NCBI GenBank assembly: GCA_044892525.1
Contig: CM097885.1
Location: 238,392,001-238,456,000, forward strand
DNA: 64,000 bases
DNA from: Schmidtea polychroa
Lineage: Eukaryota
Direction of reading: 5' to 3'
The position numbers and the translations under genes were made by a program. The notes under the pieces are model-generated. The model saw only the letters and a program-made list of their open reading frames with translations. It searched no databases and was not told the DNA's origin. Shown here piece after piece: positions 51,670-63,720 of this stretch. Within the stretch, counting starts at the first letter, position 1; each line of letters starts with the position of its first letter.

Positions 51670-53300
51670 GCTCATTCTCTCCTCTACACAACAGGAAGAA
51701 AACTGAAAAGTGTGTTCCTTTTCCTCTTCCATCTCCGTCCGGATAAGCTTATAATCTCATCTTGTAACCATTTTTGTCTTTCCCGTTTTAGGCCCGTTGT
51801 ATTTTTTCTTATATTCCTTGTATTTTCCATATGTATGGGGCGGTTGGTATCATCTCCGTGTGGATCGCCTGCATTACTTTTTCATGTAGTTTTTTTATCT
51901 CTTCGTATCTTGTTATGGCTACTTTTGCTTGTATTTTCGTACTCGTTCTTGCTTCTTCGAATGCTTCTCTATCTTCTAACAGTTCTTTGTCCAATGCTTT
52001 TAACCCCTTTACCGGTAGACCCGAGGATACTCGTCAAGCCGAAACCGGCTGATAACCGGTAGACCTGAGTTAACTCGTTTTATATATTTGAAAGCGTACT
52101 GCAGCACGGTAGACGCGAGTATACTCGGCTAAACGTAAAAACGTCGTTCAAGGTCATTCAGAATCAAATTGATTGAGAAAATCTTGGAGAGTTTCCACGT
52201 TCCATGTAAAGGTCAACGCCAAGGGAGACCATCCTCAGATGTTGTAAACCCATTGCGACTGACTGAAAGACACTTTCCGAAGTTTATTCTGGCTAACGAT
52301 GTCAAGGCTCTTCCCACACGTCGCTGTAAAGTGTGCTGCTCACACAATAGTCCAGGGGCGAACAAGAAAGTTCGCAAAGAAACAAGATACATGTGCAAGG
52401 AGTGTGACGTCCCTCTGTGTCCTGTACCTTGCTTTGAAAATTATCACACACGAAAGACATATTAGGAAGCCAAACTTAACAACAATACTAAAAACTGCTT
52501 TATTTGTTGTTATTAATTAGTCAACTGTTATTCGTTATTAGTTGTTAGTTATTGTTGATAAAGATGTTTGAAAAATAAATAAAAGATTAATTTCTTTATA
52601 GCCACAAATAAAGTCACCAATTATGGGTCGATTTCAGAAAAAGAAGTTGACGGTAAAGGGGTTAAGGAAATCATTCCACGTTCTAATTGTTTGGTTTTTC
52701 CATCGTTTTCTCGTATTGCAGATGTCCAGATTTTCGTATGGGTGGTTATGTTATCTGTCAGATGTTGTGGTAATTCCTCTCTGTTCAATTTTGCCTGACA
52801 TCCCCATTTTTCAAGAAGGCATCTTATTCGTTTCTTTACGAATTTTTTAAGTGTTGTAGCAATTTTATTTTTCCCTTTATTCCACATTGGTTGGGGCTTT
52901 CACTAGTGAATTCTATACACAGTTTTCCTCCTGAGGTTGTGATGTTCGTTTGTTAACTTTTTCCAGGTGTCTGTCCCTCCACAGTATTCGCATTTTTCCT
53001 GTCTTTCTTCGCAATTCTTCTGGTGTTCCTTTTCCTCGCTTGCTTTTATAACTTGCTGGCATAATTTGCATCGGTTGATTCTGTGTGTACACTCCTCGAT
53101 GTGTTGGCTACCTTCCCAAATCGTTCCTATCTAATTGCATGGAGTATTTTTGCATCCTAGATTTGAATTCAGTATGTCTTTGGCTGCTACCTTGTCTTCG
53201 TGGGTGTCTCTCAACTTTTCTATCATTGTCTCTCCACTGGGCATTCTTTGTATTCTTTCCATTTCTTCTTCCGATACATAGTTATCTTGGTTTTTCTCGT
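51670..53300 (-). pseudogene. TRAF: Intronless TRAF-family pseudogene (TRAF zinc fingers, coiled coil, N-terminal part of MATH), split by piggyBac
   Basis: DKVAAKDILNSNLGCKNTPCN*IGT...HIEECTHRINRCKLCQQ...EHQKNCEERQEKCEYCG; IRCLLEKWGCQAKLNREELPQHL; YIWKIQGI; GYKMRL*AYPDGDGRGKGTHFSVFFLLCRGEN. Confidence 0.88.
52004..52661 (+). mobile_element. piggyBac deletion derivative (658 bp) retaining the transposase C-terminal Cys-rich domain (52169-52465)
   Basis: TTAA TSD at 52000-52003 and 52662-52665; TIR cccctttaccg / cggtaaagggg; RL.ERHFP...RRCKVC...ETRYMCKECDVPLC..PCFENYHT. Confidence 0.95.
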
Positions 53301-54150
53301 CGTTAGCCTTTTCTTTTTCGCTCTCCTCCTTTTCCGTTTCTTGTCCTCGTCCCCTTCGTCTAATTTTTTTTCTGGACGTCTTTTCTTTCCTCTCCTTTTA
53401 GGGTATTGTTGACAACCTGCTCCTGTTCCTTTTCTCCAGATGCATACAGTGTATTCCGTTTGCGGTTGAAGGTGTGCTAGTGACATCATATACCTTTTCT
53501 CCAACCATACTTCTTTCCATTTAATTCTTGCCATTTCCCTGCCATTTTCGTGTTGGTAATTCTCTTGTATTCATACTTCTCTTATTGGTTCTATACCCCT
53601 GTTTGTCAGTATTAGTCTCTGGTATCCTTTGAGCAAGCATTTATCTTGCACACATTTCCTCCTCAGCTCCCATTATTTGTTTTGTATTTCCTTTTCCTCC
53701 TCCTGGTTTGTTTCTTCCACTTCATTGTTGTTATTTTCGGCTTCTTTGTTTTCTTTAAGTGTCCTCATTTCACCATGGACTGTCACCATCTCGATCATCG
53801 CCAATGATCATTAATATTATATTTATTTCTCTTTCTTTGCTGTTAAAAAGTAGGCATACCCTCTGTTTTCCATTATTTCTTTCTTCTCTTTTTATTTTAT
53901 TTTCCTTGTCATTTTCTTCCCTTTTTGTATTTTGATCCTTGTATTCTTGGTTATTCCTATCAGGCTTCTTTTCCCCTTCTCCTTCATCTTCCCCATTTTC
54001 ATCATTGTCATCTTTTTTCTCTCCCCCGGTGTCGTTTAAAATGTCGTCCTCGACATTTATGTCGTTTAATATTTTCCGGTATGCTGTTAGTACCCTATTT
54101 CTTGCTAGTTTGGCTTCGAACTCTTTTCGTCCCACTGCGGCATGGTAAGA
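53300..54150 (-). pseudogene. Disrupted charged low-complexity coding region upstream of the TRAF domains
   Basis: ORFs 53770-54135 and 53223-53534 on the same strand, with the same purine-rich bias as the cassette. Confidence 0.4.
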
Positions 54151-54759
54151 TAGTCCGTAACAAAAAAAGGTTAAATTTTATTTTAGGTAATACAAAGGTC
54201 CATCGGGCCTAAGGGGAGAAATTCTCGATCATTCAAGTTCCTAAAGCTGTTGTCCTGTTTTCTGTGAACGCTGTGCCAAGGCTCAAGCGTTAAACTTCCG
54301 ATCTGTACTGAGCACAGCTTTATTGAATGATCCATTGTTGATCTGAAGGCATTGGTTGTAGTAGAGTGTAGATGTGGTTATAAATATGGTTATGCTTTGA
54401 TTATGTATATAAATATGAGGGTCGTCCTTTATTGAGAACGGGTTGAGAATTGTTATTTCTGAGTTTCTAGAAATTGACAGAGATAGAAGTGGATTTTGAC
54501 AGAGGTAGTAGTGGGTTTTGACAGATTTAGTTAGTAGAAGGTATATAGGTAATGAAGGGTAGTAGTGAGGGAGGAAGGTATAGGTAATGAAGGGTAACAG
54601 TGATACCGAAGGGAAATTAGAGGTATAATAGTAATTATTGATAATTAATAAATGAATAAAAGACAAAAACCAAAACTAAAAAGAGTCAACAGAGGCTCAA
54701 AGACAAAATCATGATGGGCCATATGGCGGATTGGTTCGATTGATTTTGGAATATCTTCT

Positions 54760-54935
54760 GATGATGTTGGAATAATTTTGATGATGTTGGAATAATTTTG
54801 TTGATGTTGGAGTAGTATTTTGATGATGTTGGAATAACATAGATGATGTCGGTATAATGAGGACGATGTTGGAATATTATTGATGATGTTTGAATAACAT
54901 AGATGATGTTGGAATAATATTGATGATGTTGGAAT
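54760..54935. repeat. ~21-24 bp tandem repeat (gatgatgttggaataat...)
   Basis: Directly visible at the truncated 3' end of the LINE. Confidence 0.8.
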
Positions 54936-54939
54936 AATA

Positions 54940-57480
54940 TATAGAGTAATTAAGTTTACTTTTTATTATTTTAAAGCTTTTATTGAAGTCACCGTTCAGC
55001 CATGAAATTGCTGTGTTAATGTTGTCATTTCCTCGGGCCTGTGAGAGTTCAGACAGAACAAGGTTGCGAAAATCAATGTCAGTTGAGTTGAGGGTACGTA
55101 TGAGGTGTACAATTCCTTGGATAAGGTATTCATCAACAAGGGATGTGATGCCTAGTCCTGACAGTTTGATTGAGGCATAGAGGAAGTTGTTGTTTAGCTC
55201 GCATATTTTATCCCCAATATAATTCTTGATTATTGATTTTAGTCTTTGGGTGGCACCTCTATGGAGTAATCCTTTTGTATTTTTAGAGTTTCTTTCGGAG
55301 TCGAGTACGCTGTGTTTGATTTCACAATTGCGGAAGGTATAAGTTAGGCGAGAGTGGATGGAGATTTTGTAGGCATCAAGTTTTTGGGAAGGATTCAGGT
55401 GTGAAGCAAGTATCTTTTTTGTGTCAGAGAAGGCGCTTTCAAGTCCCTCTTCAATGTTGTGTTGTTTTTTGTATGCGAAGTCAACTCCTAGAATCATCAA
55501 TTCTAAGGAGAAGTTCATTATATAGGCAGATTGGGCTATAGTTATCCTCGAGGTTGATATGGAAGTATCCGGATTTGGAGGGTTTAAAGCGGAGGTTAAC
55601 TTGTGAAGCAAGGCGTACTGTTTCAGAAAGTGCTAGGTTTATTGAGTGGTAAGAATCTGATATCAGTACAATATCATCGGCATAGGCAAGGATGCTAATA
55701 TTATGTCTGTGGAAGAGGAAAGGATGGTTCTATAAGACGTGGCGAAGTATGAACTCAATGCATAAGCAAAAAATAGTCATAGATAGGGGACAACCTTGTT
55801 TTTCACATTCAAAGATAGTTTGTACGGTACTCATTGTACATGTCATTTATAAGTTTAATAGTATTTGGATTGAACCCCATTTTTATAAAAGTGTGCCATA
55901 TAAGTGAATGGGGTAGTGAACCGAAGGCATCTGATATGTCAAGCCAGATAATGTGGAGGTCAGTTTTATTGCGAAAAGCAGCATCTTTAACAAGGTGTAA
56001 GGTGAAGTTATGTTCAGCACATCCGTCAGGGGCACATATGGCCTTTTGATTGTTAGTAAGTAGTTTGCTTTGTTTTATTTACTGCAGAAGGCAGTTGTTA
56101 ATTAGTTAGGAGATGATTCGGTATGAGGTGTTCATGATAGATATGGGCCTCCAGGAGCTAGCTTCGTGGCTTACCTCCGATTTTCAAGGTTTTAAAATAT
56201 GTTTTGAACAAAATGTTTTCCAGGATAGAGGACAGCCAGTGTTGCGAAGGAGATTATTAAAAAGAGAGAGAAGGAATTCATAATCAGGTGAAAGTATTCT
56301 CCAGTCTGATAAGGAGATGTTGTCCATTCCTGGGGCAGTGTTGTTAAGTTGGGTGAAGATTGTTTTAATTTCATCAATGTCAAAGGGCTCAGAGGATAAG
56401 GATTCAGAAAGTGAAGGTAATTTAATTAGAGGGTTAGGTGAGCATGTAATGAGCCTCCCTGCAAAAAGTTTCAAGATTTTGTCCATTGTCGGATTTTGGA
56501 AAAAGGGTCATCTTTGAGTAATTTGGTGATTTCCTCTTTTGGATTAAAGGTGTATCTTTTCCTTTTTATAAAAAAGTACTCGTTTTCATTTTTGTTTTTT
56601 TGTGTATGATGTCGGAGGATTTTTTTAATTAGATATTTCAGTGGATTGATGTTTCCATTAATTTTTTTCATTTTGGAGAGAGCAGAGTCAGCATCAGTTT
56701 TGTTTTCTGTGAGATTGAATATAATATTTTTGATAAATTGACGGTATTTACGTATGTCACTATTAGGTATTTTATTTTTAATATAATAATTGATTATTGA
56801 TTTTATTTTCAAAGTCATAGAAGGAATATTCGGTGTGTTGTATGGGATTCTATTGATAAGGCATTCGATGAGGTGGGAAATGAAAACGGCAGATTCGGAT
56901 GGGACACTGCAGCGGGGATATTCACGGTATTCGAGTTCTTTTAGCTCGATAGAGATAGGCAAAAAATCTTTTTGGAGGTCCAAAATAGTTTCAAGTAGGT
57001 TGTTGGCAAGCTTTGAATGCGTAGACAGGCTGTTGTCAAGTAATGGGTCAATAAGTAGTGCAATCCTTTGTAGTTTATCAAGGAAGAAGAAGAACCAGCA
57101 GTTTAGCCCATTTGACATGGGTATAATAATTTCATTTTATTCAGTGAATCCATGGAAAGGAAAGGTGGAGAAAAAGGTTCTATAATTATGTTAAATAAGG
57201 GCATTTCCGATGTAGGGGTCAACGAAGATTGTTGTTTTTTTAGGCATGGGATAAAACGTATGCCTTAACTGCATGCTGGGCCCATCATGCAGATTCATTG
57301 TCGATGTTGGGTGAGAAAAAGAGGTCATCAGGTAGGGGTCGTTTGGTAGTTTCGCTATCAGAGATGTGGAACATACTCTCCTGAGTTTCTAGTAGTGGGT
57401 AAGTAGGTTTTCGATATTTAGGTCAACAACTTGGATTTCAATACCTCATTCAGCTATGATCCTCGTATCATAGCCATAGA
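54940..57480 (-). mobile_element. Degraded non-LTR retrotransposon, RLE type (R2/R4/NeSL-like) reverse transcriptase
   Basis: APGMD, WRPISI, DGCAEHNF, WLDISDAFGSLPH, QGCPLS, ILAYADD and LYA...GLGI motifs on the minus strand with frameshifts; endonuclease region not seen. Confidence 0.88.
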
Positions 57481-57482
57481 AG

Positions 57483-58453
57483 TGTTGGGTTGTTGAGTTG
57501 GTGATAATTTTAAATGTTACTCGGACTCCAAGCGTGTCTTTATACGATTCACAAATAATACTTGCAACAGAAATCTTTATTTGATAATCACAGATAAACT
57601 TTCACTTGACACTGACAATAAATTCAACACTCTGCTTGGTGACTATACAATGCTTATTACAACACTCGGTGAGGAATAGCACTCTCGTATAACACTGGAT
57701 TAAAAGATCACAAATTACTGATTGGTTTCAAAACTGGGATTTTGAGCTGGTTGTTTTCTTTGACTTTCTTTCAAACTTTATTCAAATAATGAAAAACTTC
57801 TTTTCGTTTTATTATTCAACTAATTCTTTTCTTCAACTTTTCTCCAATAATTATTTTCCACAATTATTTCTTTTACAATTATTTTTGACAATCGTTTGTC
57901 CAACAACGTTTAATTTTCTCCAATAATTTTATCTCTCAAATCGTATCTCAAATTGTCTCTCAAATCGTCTTCGAAATCATTTTCAATTACGACTTTGTCT
58001 CTAATTTTTCTTCTTTTTCCATGTCCACCAGTTGTCCTTTATATAGTTATTTTATTTGTGGCACTGGCGACAGATTCTGTTTGCCATTTCCTTTTCCTCT
58101 ACGTCAGACTTATCTCTGACAGATATCAGATATTTTTCCAGTTTCCTTTTCTGTTAAGCCTTCTCCCGACAATTTCGCTATATTTGACAAGCTGTCAAGA
58201 TACAGCTTTTTCCTTTATTTTGTTTTTCTGGAATTTGAAATTCCACCTTCATTTGTACTTCTTAATTAACAATGACCTTTGTTTTAATTTCTTGTTTGTT
58301 TCCTTTTATTTGATTTATCCTTCTTATTTTTAATTTCTTTTTACTTCCGTTTTCTTTTCTGAGTCCTAATAGATCGTCCTGTTTGTCATGGAGATCTTCC
58401 CCCAAACAATTTTATTTATTTCTTTATAAATTGTTATTTAGGTATCCTCAACA
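57483..58453 (-). mobile_element. Solo LTR (971 bp), Ty3/gypsy-like
   Basis: TGTTG..CAACA; TSD GAAG on both sides; minus-strand TATATAAAGG (~58040) and AATAAA (~57578). Confidence 0.92.
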
Positions 58454-58509
58454 GAAGCGTGGCTGCATTAGAATGGATGCGTGAGAAGAAACGTCCAGTG
58501 CGCGGAATA

Positions 58510-58720
58510 TAACACCTGCTTAACACATGTTAAACAACTTTCTGGAACTTGTTTTATGCAGTTTCCATAGAATGCTACAGGTTTTGAAGCGACCAATCAC
58601 CGTTAACTTCTTCAGCGGACATATACGTTTTCCCACAAAGTGAATTTGTCACATGAGAAGACAGGTAATAGCCTGGAGTTAAAAGGTCTGGTGAGTACAT
58701 TGGATGCGGTAATACTAACA
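58510..58720 (-). pseudogene. mariner transposase C-terminal remnant
   Basis: VLPHPMYSPDL...YYL...NSLCGKTY and SKPVAFY..CIKQVPE....CV resemble mariner LPHPPYSPDL and SKP.EFY.RGI.KLPERW.KCV. Confidence 0.75.
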
Positions 58721-59914
58721 ATATTCTCTCATACATTTTTGAGTTTGATTAGCATAATCCTGAAATGAAATTCCAATATCAAAATTTCTAATTGTATATT
58801 TCTTTACTTTATCATTCATATTATGTATGCAGAAATAAGACAATTTAAACACATAAAAAACTTTTAATAAGTCAATTAAAAAAAAATTTAAAAAAAAAGA
58901 ATTTTTATAAATAATTTCTTTATCGACAATTTATTTTTTATACAATTTCAACAGAATTTCACCGTGGAAAACACAATAAAGAACAAATCATTTTATTAGC
59001 AATTAAAATATAATTAATTTTTATTAACATTATATGATTTCACTTTTTAAAATATTTTCTGTCTGAAATATTGTCTAATTGATGACCGCCAATACAATGA
59101 TTTGAAAGAACCTATCGAAAATAATGTAAATTTAAAAAATTCTAAATAAATAATTATTTTGTAATAACAGTGACAATTAAAAAATGTTGTTTATTGATTT
59201 TAACTTTTCCCATTTAAAATAATAGTCAATAAAAACTTTAAAAAACCTTAAAGGTAAAAAGTGTTCATTTTGGATTTTAATGATTTTTGAAAGGCTATCC
59301 TAGAATGACGTAACACAAATTTGGCCGAATTTCAATTAAATGATAATTAAACGATAATATAAGTCTTTTGCTGTAAAGTATATATTATAGGAACATAAAC
59401 CAAATAGGTAAAATATATTCATCATTATTGGCTTTATCAATCTCTTCATAAGTAAATAAAATAGATTTGAGCAGCACCGACGTTTCCATTTCTATTGGAT
59501 GATCGATTTTCACATCGTAGTACCAAGTGGAATATATTTCATTGAATACGACTTTCCTATTTTCGGGCTGATTGAATATTCGATTGCAATGAATCAGTCT
59601 CCATTATCTCAATATAATTGCTGATTGGTCGTACCAATCCGTCCTGAGATTCAACTACGTCTAATCCAACCTGGTATTCAACAAAAGCCGTATTATTAAC
59701 ACATTCACATTCATCATCTCCACATTTCATAACATTTTCAACAACATGATCTATACAATCGTTATATACACGCGGTTCAATATCCGTATATTCCTCCATA
59801 GGTTCATCAATAAATAGGGACATCCTATTATCCAATGACGAGTAGACATATCAGCAGTAGCTTTACCAAAATTTACCAATTGTAATATACTTTCGATATA
59901 GAGATGAAACGGTT

Positions 59915-60943
59915 TGTTGGGTTATTGAGTTGGTGATAAAATTTAATGTTACTCTGATTCCAAGCGTGTCTTTATATAATTCACAAATAACACTTGACAA
60001 CAGAAATCTTTATTGATAATCACAAATAAACTTTCACTTGACACTGACAATAAATTCAGCACTCTACTTGGTGACTATACAATGCTTATTACAACACTCG
60101 GTGAGGAATAGCACTCTCGTATAACACCAGATTAAAAGATCACAAATTACTGATTGGTTTTTAAACTGGGATTTTGAGCTGGTTGTTTTCTTTGACTTTC
60201 TTTCAAACTTTATTCAAATAATGAAAAACTTCTTTTCGTTTTATTATTCAACTAATTCTTTTCTTCAACTTTTCTCCAATAATTATTTTCTACAATTATT
60301 TCCTTTACAATTATTTTGACAATCGTTTGTCCAACAACGTTTCGTCCAACGTCTAATTTTCTCCAATAATTTTATTCTCAAATCGTCTCTCAAATTGTCT
60401 CTCAAATCGTCTTCCAAATCGTTTTCAATTTCGCGTCACTTGTCTCTAATTTTTCTTCTAATTTTGTTGTCTCCTTTGTTCTTTTTTCATGTTCACCAGT
60501 TTTCCTTTATATAGTTAGCTTCTCTTGTGTCACTCCAGATAATCAAGTGTTTTTCCACTTTCCTTCTCCTGCTTTCCCCAACTGTCCCATTTTTATCCCT
60601 GACAGCTGTCAAGTTGTTTTTCCCTTTTTTCCTTTTTTGTTAGACCGCCTTCTCCCATCAATTCTATTATCACCGGCAAGCTGTCGAGATAAGGATATTG
60701 TTGTTTTCCTTTTTCCCCGATTTCAAAATTCCTTTTTCTTTTTGTACTAATTAATTAGTACTGACCTTGATTTTTATTTTCCTGTTTGATAACTTTTATT
60801 TCCTTTCTCTTTCTCATTTTTAATTTCTTTTCACTTCCGTTTTCTTTTCTGAGTTTCTATAGATCGTCCCGTTTGTCATGGCGATCTTCCTCCAGGTAAT
60901 TTTATTTATTTCTTTATGAATTATTATTTAGGTATCCTCAACA
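59915..60943 (-). mobile_element. Solo LTR (1,029 bp), same family as 57483-58453
   Basis: TGTTG..CAACA; TSD GGTT on both sides; collinear with the first copy. Confidence 0.92.
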
Positions 60944-61338
60944 GGTTCCATGTTCAACAAATTTTTATGATTGCAGAGTTTTGAATACATTTTATTTTCT
61001 TTTTCGAATTTGAAATGGGATTTGATATTTCCATTACGTGAACTTTGAACACTGATGGCACAGAAATATATGAAGAACCGAAAGATTGATGTTGATGCAA
61101 TTATACGTCTGATATTGTTACAAATTGTTACATTTCAAGAGTTTTGAGTACATTTTTTGTTAGTTTAGAAATGTAAAATTTGTAATGTCATCAATAATGC
61201 ATTTGTAATTTTAACTTAAATAACAAAAAGAACATAATATACTAAAATTTGCAGGTTTCATGCCTTACATACATTAGCGTTGAATTGTTTAACATTTAAT
61301 TAATGCTCATACCAATAAATCATCACTTTATAGATAAT

Positions 61339-61473
<135 letters not shown>

Positions 61474-61861
61474 TACCGTGTTATCAGTGTGTTTCTGTAT
61501 GCTGATATTTAATGATGGATTTGTAGAATGAGTATGAGATCCAGTGGGATTGCCCGCTTGAACTGTAATGGCTGAGTTTTTAGATATGAGTATTTTAGGA
61601 GTTGAATTGTTTTCCGCCAAGAAATCAGAAGAATCAGATTTCATCTGTAAACATTAAAAAATCTTAATTTTAATATTTATTTTTAACTTTTGATTATAAA
61701 TATACAGAAAAGTGAAATAAAATTTTATTATTGTTATAGATTTATGAATAAATAGTTAAACATACATGGCAATGATTTAATTATAAGATAACGCCAATCA
61801 AACATTTTTTTCACGATTAATTTCGACAAGCTTAGAAAAGAAAATTGCATCTTTCCAAGGT

Positions 61862-62872
61862 ATGAAACCAATTGTTTATAAACGGTATGTGGATGATATA
61901 TTTCTTATATTTGAAAATCAGAGGCATGTTGACCCGTTTTTGCATTATATGAACAGTCTACATAAAAACATTGTATTCACATGTGAAACGGAGAAAAAAT
62001 CATCGCTTGCTTTCTTGGATTTGTTAATACAACGCAAAGAGAAACACTATGAGACAGAGATTTATAGAAAACCAACCGATACTGGCCTCTATACTTCTTC
62101 CGAAAGTTTTTGTGAATTCAAGTATAAAAGAAATATGGTGAAGGGGTTGATTTATCGTGCATGGACTTTGTCTTCTATTTTTAAAAATTCGGTAAAGAGT
62201 GTTGACGTGTTGGTTGAACTGTTGATGAAGAATGGTTATTCAAAATCCTTTTTAGTAATTATGGTGAAAGAGACTGTTGACAAATTTATTAAAAATCCTA
62301 AGGATCCATGTTTGAGAAAATTTGGGTGTGGTGTTGTTGAGATGTGTGAGTCTGATGAGTTAAAATTTGGGTGTGATTTTGTTGAGATGTGTGAGTCTGA
62401 TGAGTTAAAATTTGGGTGTGATTTTGTTGAGATGTGTGAGTCTGATGAGTTAAATAAATTAAATAGTGTGAGCAAGGATGATGAGCCTAAATTTGTGTTA
62501 GTATTGCCGTACTCAGAAGGTTTTAAGGATTATAAAGTGAAGATAAGAAAGCAGTTAGGGAATTTACACTATAGGATAGTGTCAACTTCATGGAAAGTAC
62601 GCAATATGTTTATTAATAAGTCAAAGACTCCTGTTGAATTGTGTTCCGATCTCGTTTATCAGTTTACATGTAATGGGTGTAATGCCACATACATTGGAGA
62701 GGCTTCCCGTCATCTCTGTATTCGAGCTCGAGAACATTGTAGACCGAAGTCTTTGACCCATATTGGTGAGCTCAATAAGGACTGTAAGATTAAAATAGGC
62801 ATGTCTGATTTTAAAATTTTATTAAAAAATTTCGATAATTATTGGGAACGTGTATTTGTGAGGCGTTGTTGA
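61862..62872 (+). CDS. Penelope RT (C-terminal part) plus GIY-YIG endonuclease, truncated
   Basis: YKRYVDDIF, LAFLDLLI, IYRKPTDTG, LVYQFTCNGCNATYIGEASRHL..RAREH. Confidence 0.9.
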   Translation: MKPIVYKRYVDDIFLIFENQRHVDPFLHYMNSLHKNIVFTCETEKKSSLAFLDLLIQRKEKHYETEIYRKPTDTGLYTSSESFCEFKYKRNMVKGLIYRAWTLSSIFKNSVKSVDVLVELLMKNGYSKSFLVIMVKETVDKFIKNPKDPCLRKFGCGVVEMCESDELKFGCDFVEMCESDELKFGCDFVEMCESDELNKLNSVSKDDEPKFVLVLPYSEGFKDYKVKIRKQLGNLHYRIVSTSWKVRNMFINKSKTPVELCSDLVYQFTCNGCNATYIGEASRHLCIRAREHCRPKSLTHIGELNKDCKIKIGMSDFKILLKNFDNYWERVFVRRC

Positions 62873-63130
62873 TAAAGTCATTGAATCCGAAAATTAATGT
62901 GCAGAATGCTGTAAATACTTGTGTGTTGAGTGTTTTTAAATAAGCTTTTGTGTATTGTATGTATTGATTGTTGTGTTAAATTAAATAATTAATAAAAAAA
63001 TTTTTAAATTTTTAAATTATTAAAATAAATTTTAAATGTTAATTTTAAATAATATTTTTTATAAAATAAAAAATTTTTTTATATATAATTAAATTTGTTT
63101 AAAATCCTTTATTTTATTAGTATTATATCC

Positions 63131-63169
63131 CACCTGATGATGACAGGAAAACTGTCGAAATTAATCGTG
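63131..63169 (+). ncRNA. Minimal type I hammerhead ribozyme of the Penelope pLTR
   Basis: cac-CTGATGA-t-gacag(gaaaa)ctgtc-GAAA-ttaa-TC-gtg: core boxes, stem II, palindromic mini stem III, cac/gtg stem I. Confidence 0.8.
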
Positions 63170-63224
63170 AAAAAAATGTTTGATTGGCGTTATCTTATAG
63201 TTATAGATTTAATTTAAAACATTC

Positions 63225-63225
63225 G

Positions 63226-63284
<59 letters not shown>

Positions 63285-63642
63285 ATATTATTATAATTAT
63301 TTTATTCATTTATTTTTATTAATATAAATATTATTATCATCAATTATTATTATTATTAATTTTATTATTATTATTATTTATTTTTATTATTATAATCATT
63401 TTTTATTAATAATCATTATTTTATTTATTTATATTATTATCATTTATTTATATTATTATCATTAATTTATATTATTATTATTTATTTATATTATTATTAT
63501 TTATTTATATTATTATTATTTATTTATATTATTATTATTTATTTATATTATTATTATTAAATATTATTATAATTATTTTATTTATTACTATTATTATAAT
63601 TATTATTTATTTTTATTATTATAAATATTATTATTATCATCA

Positions 63643-63717
<75 letters not shown>

Positions 63718-63720
63718 TTT
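63225..63720. repeat. (TTA)n microsatellite / low complexity; others at 8628-8706, 14300-14378 and (TA)n at 29190-29277, 29860-29940, 61343-61471
   Basis: Directly visible. Confidence 0.95.

Larger units (their letters stand above)
61782..63199 (+). mobile_element. 5'-truncated Penelope-like element with an inverted 5' copy of its 3' end
   Basis: tataagataacgccaatcaaaca...ttcgaca (61782-61828) is the reverse complement of 63153-63199; encloses an RT/GIY-YIG ORF. Confidence 0.9.

Noticed and set aside
57483..60943. Single non-autonomous LTR element (TRIM/LARD) with paired LTRs
   Set aside because: Each LTR has its own distinct TSD, and no PBS/PPT is evident internally.
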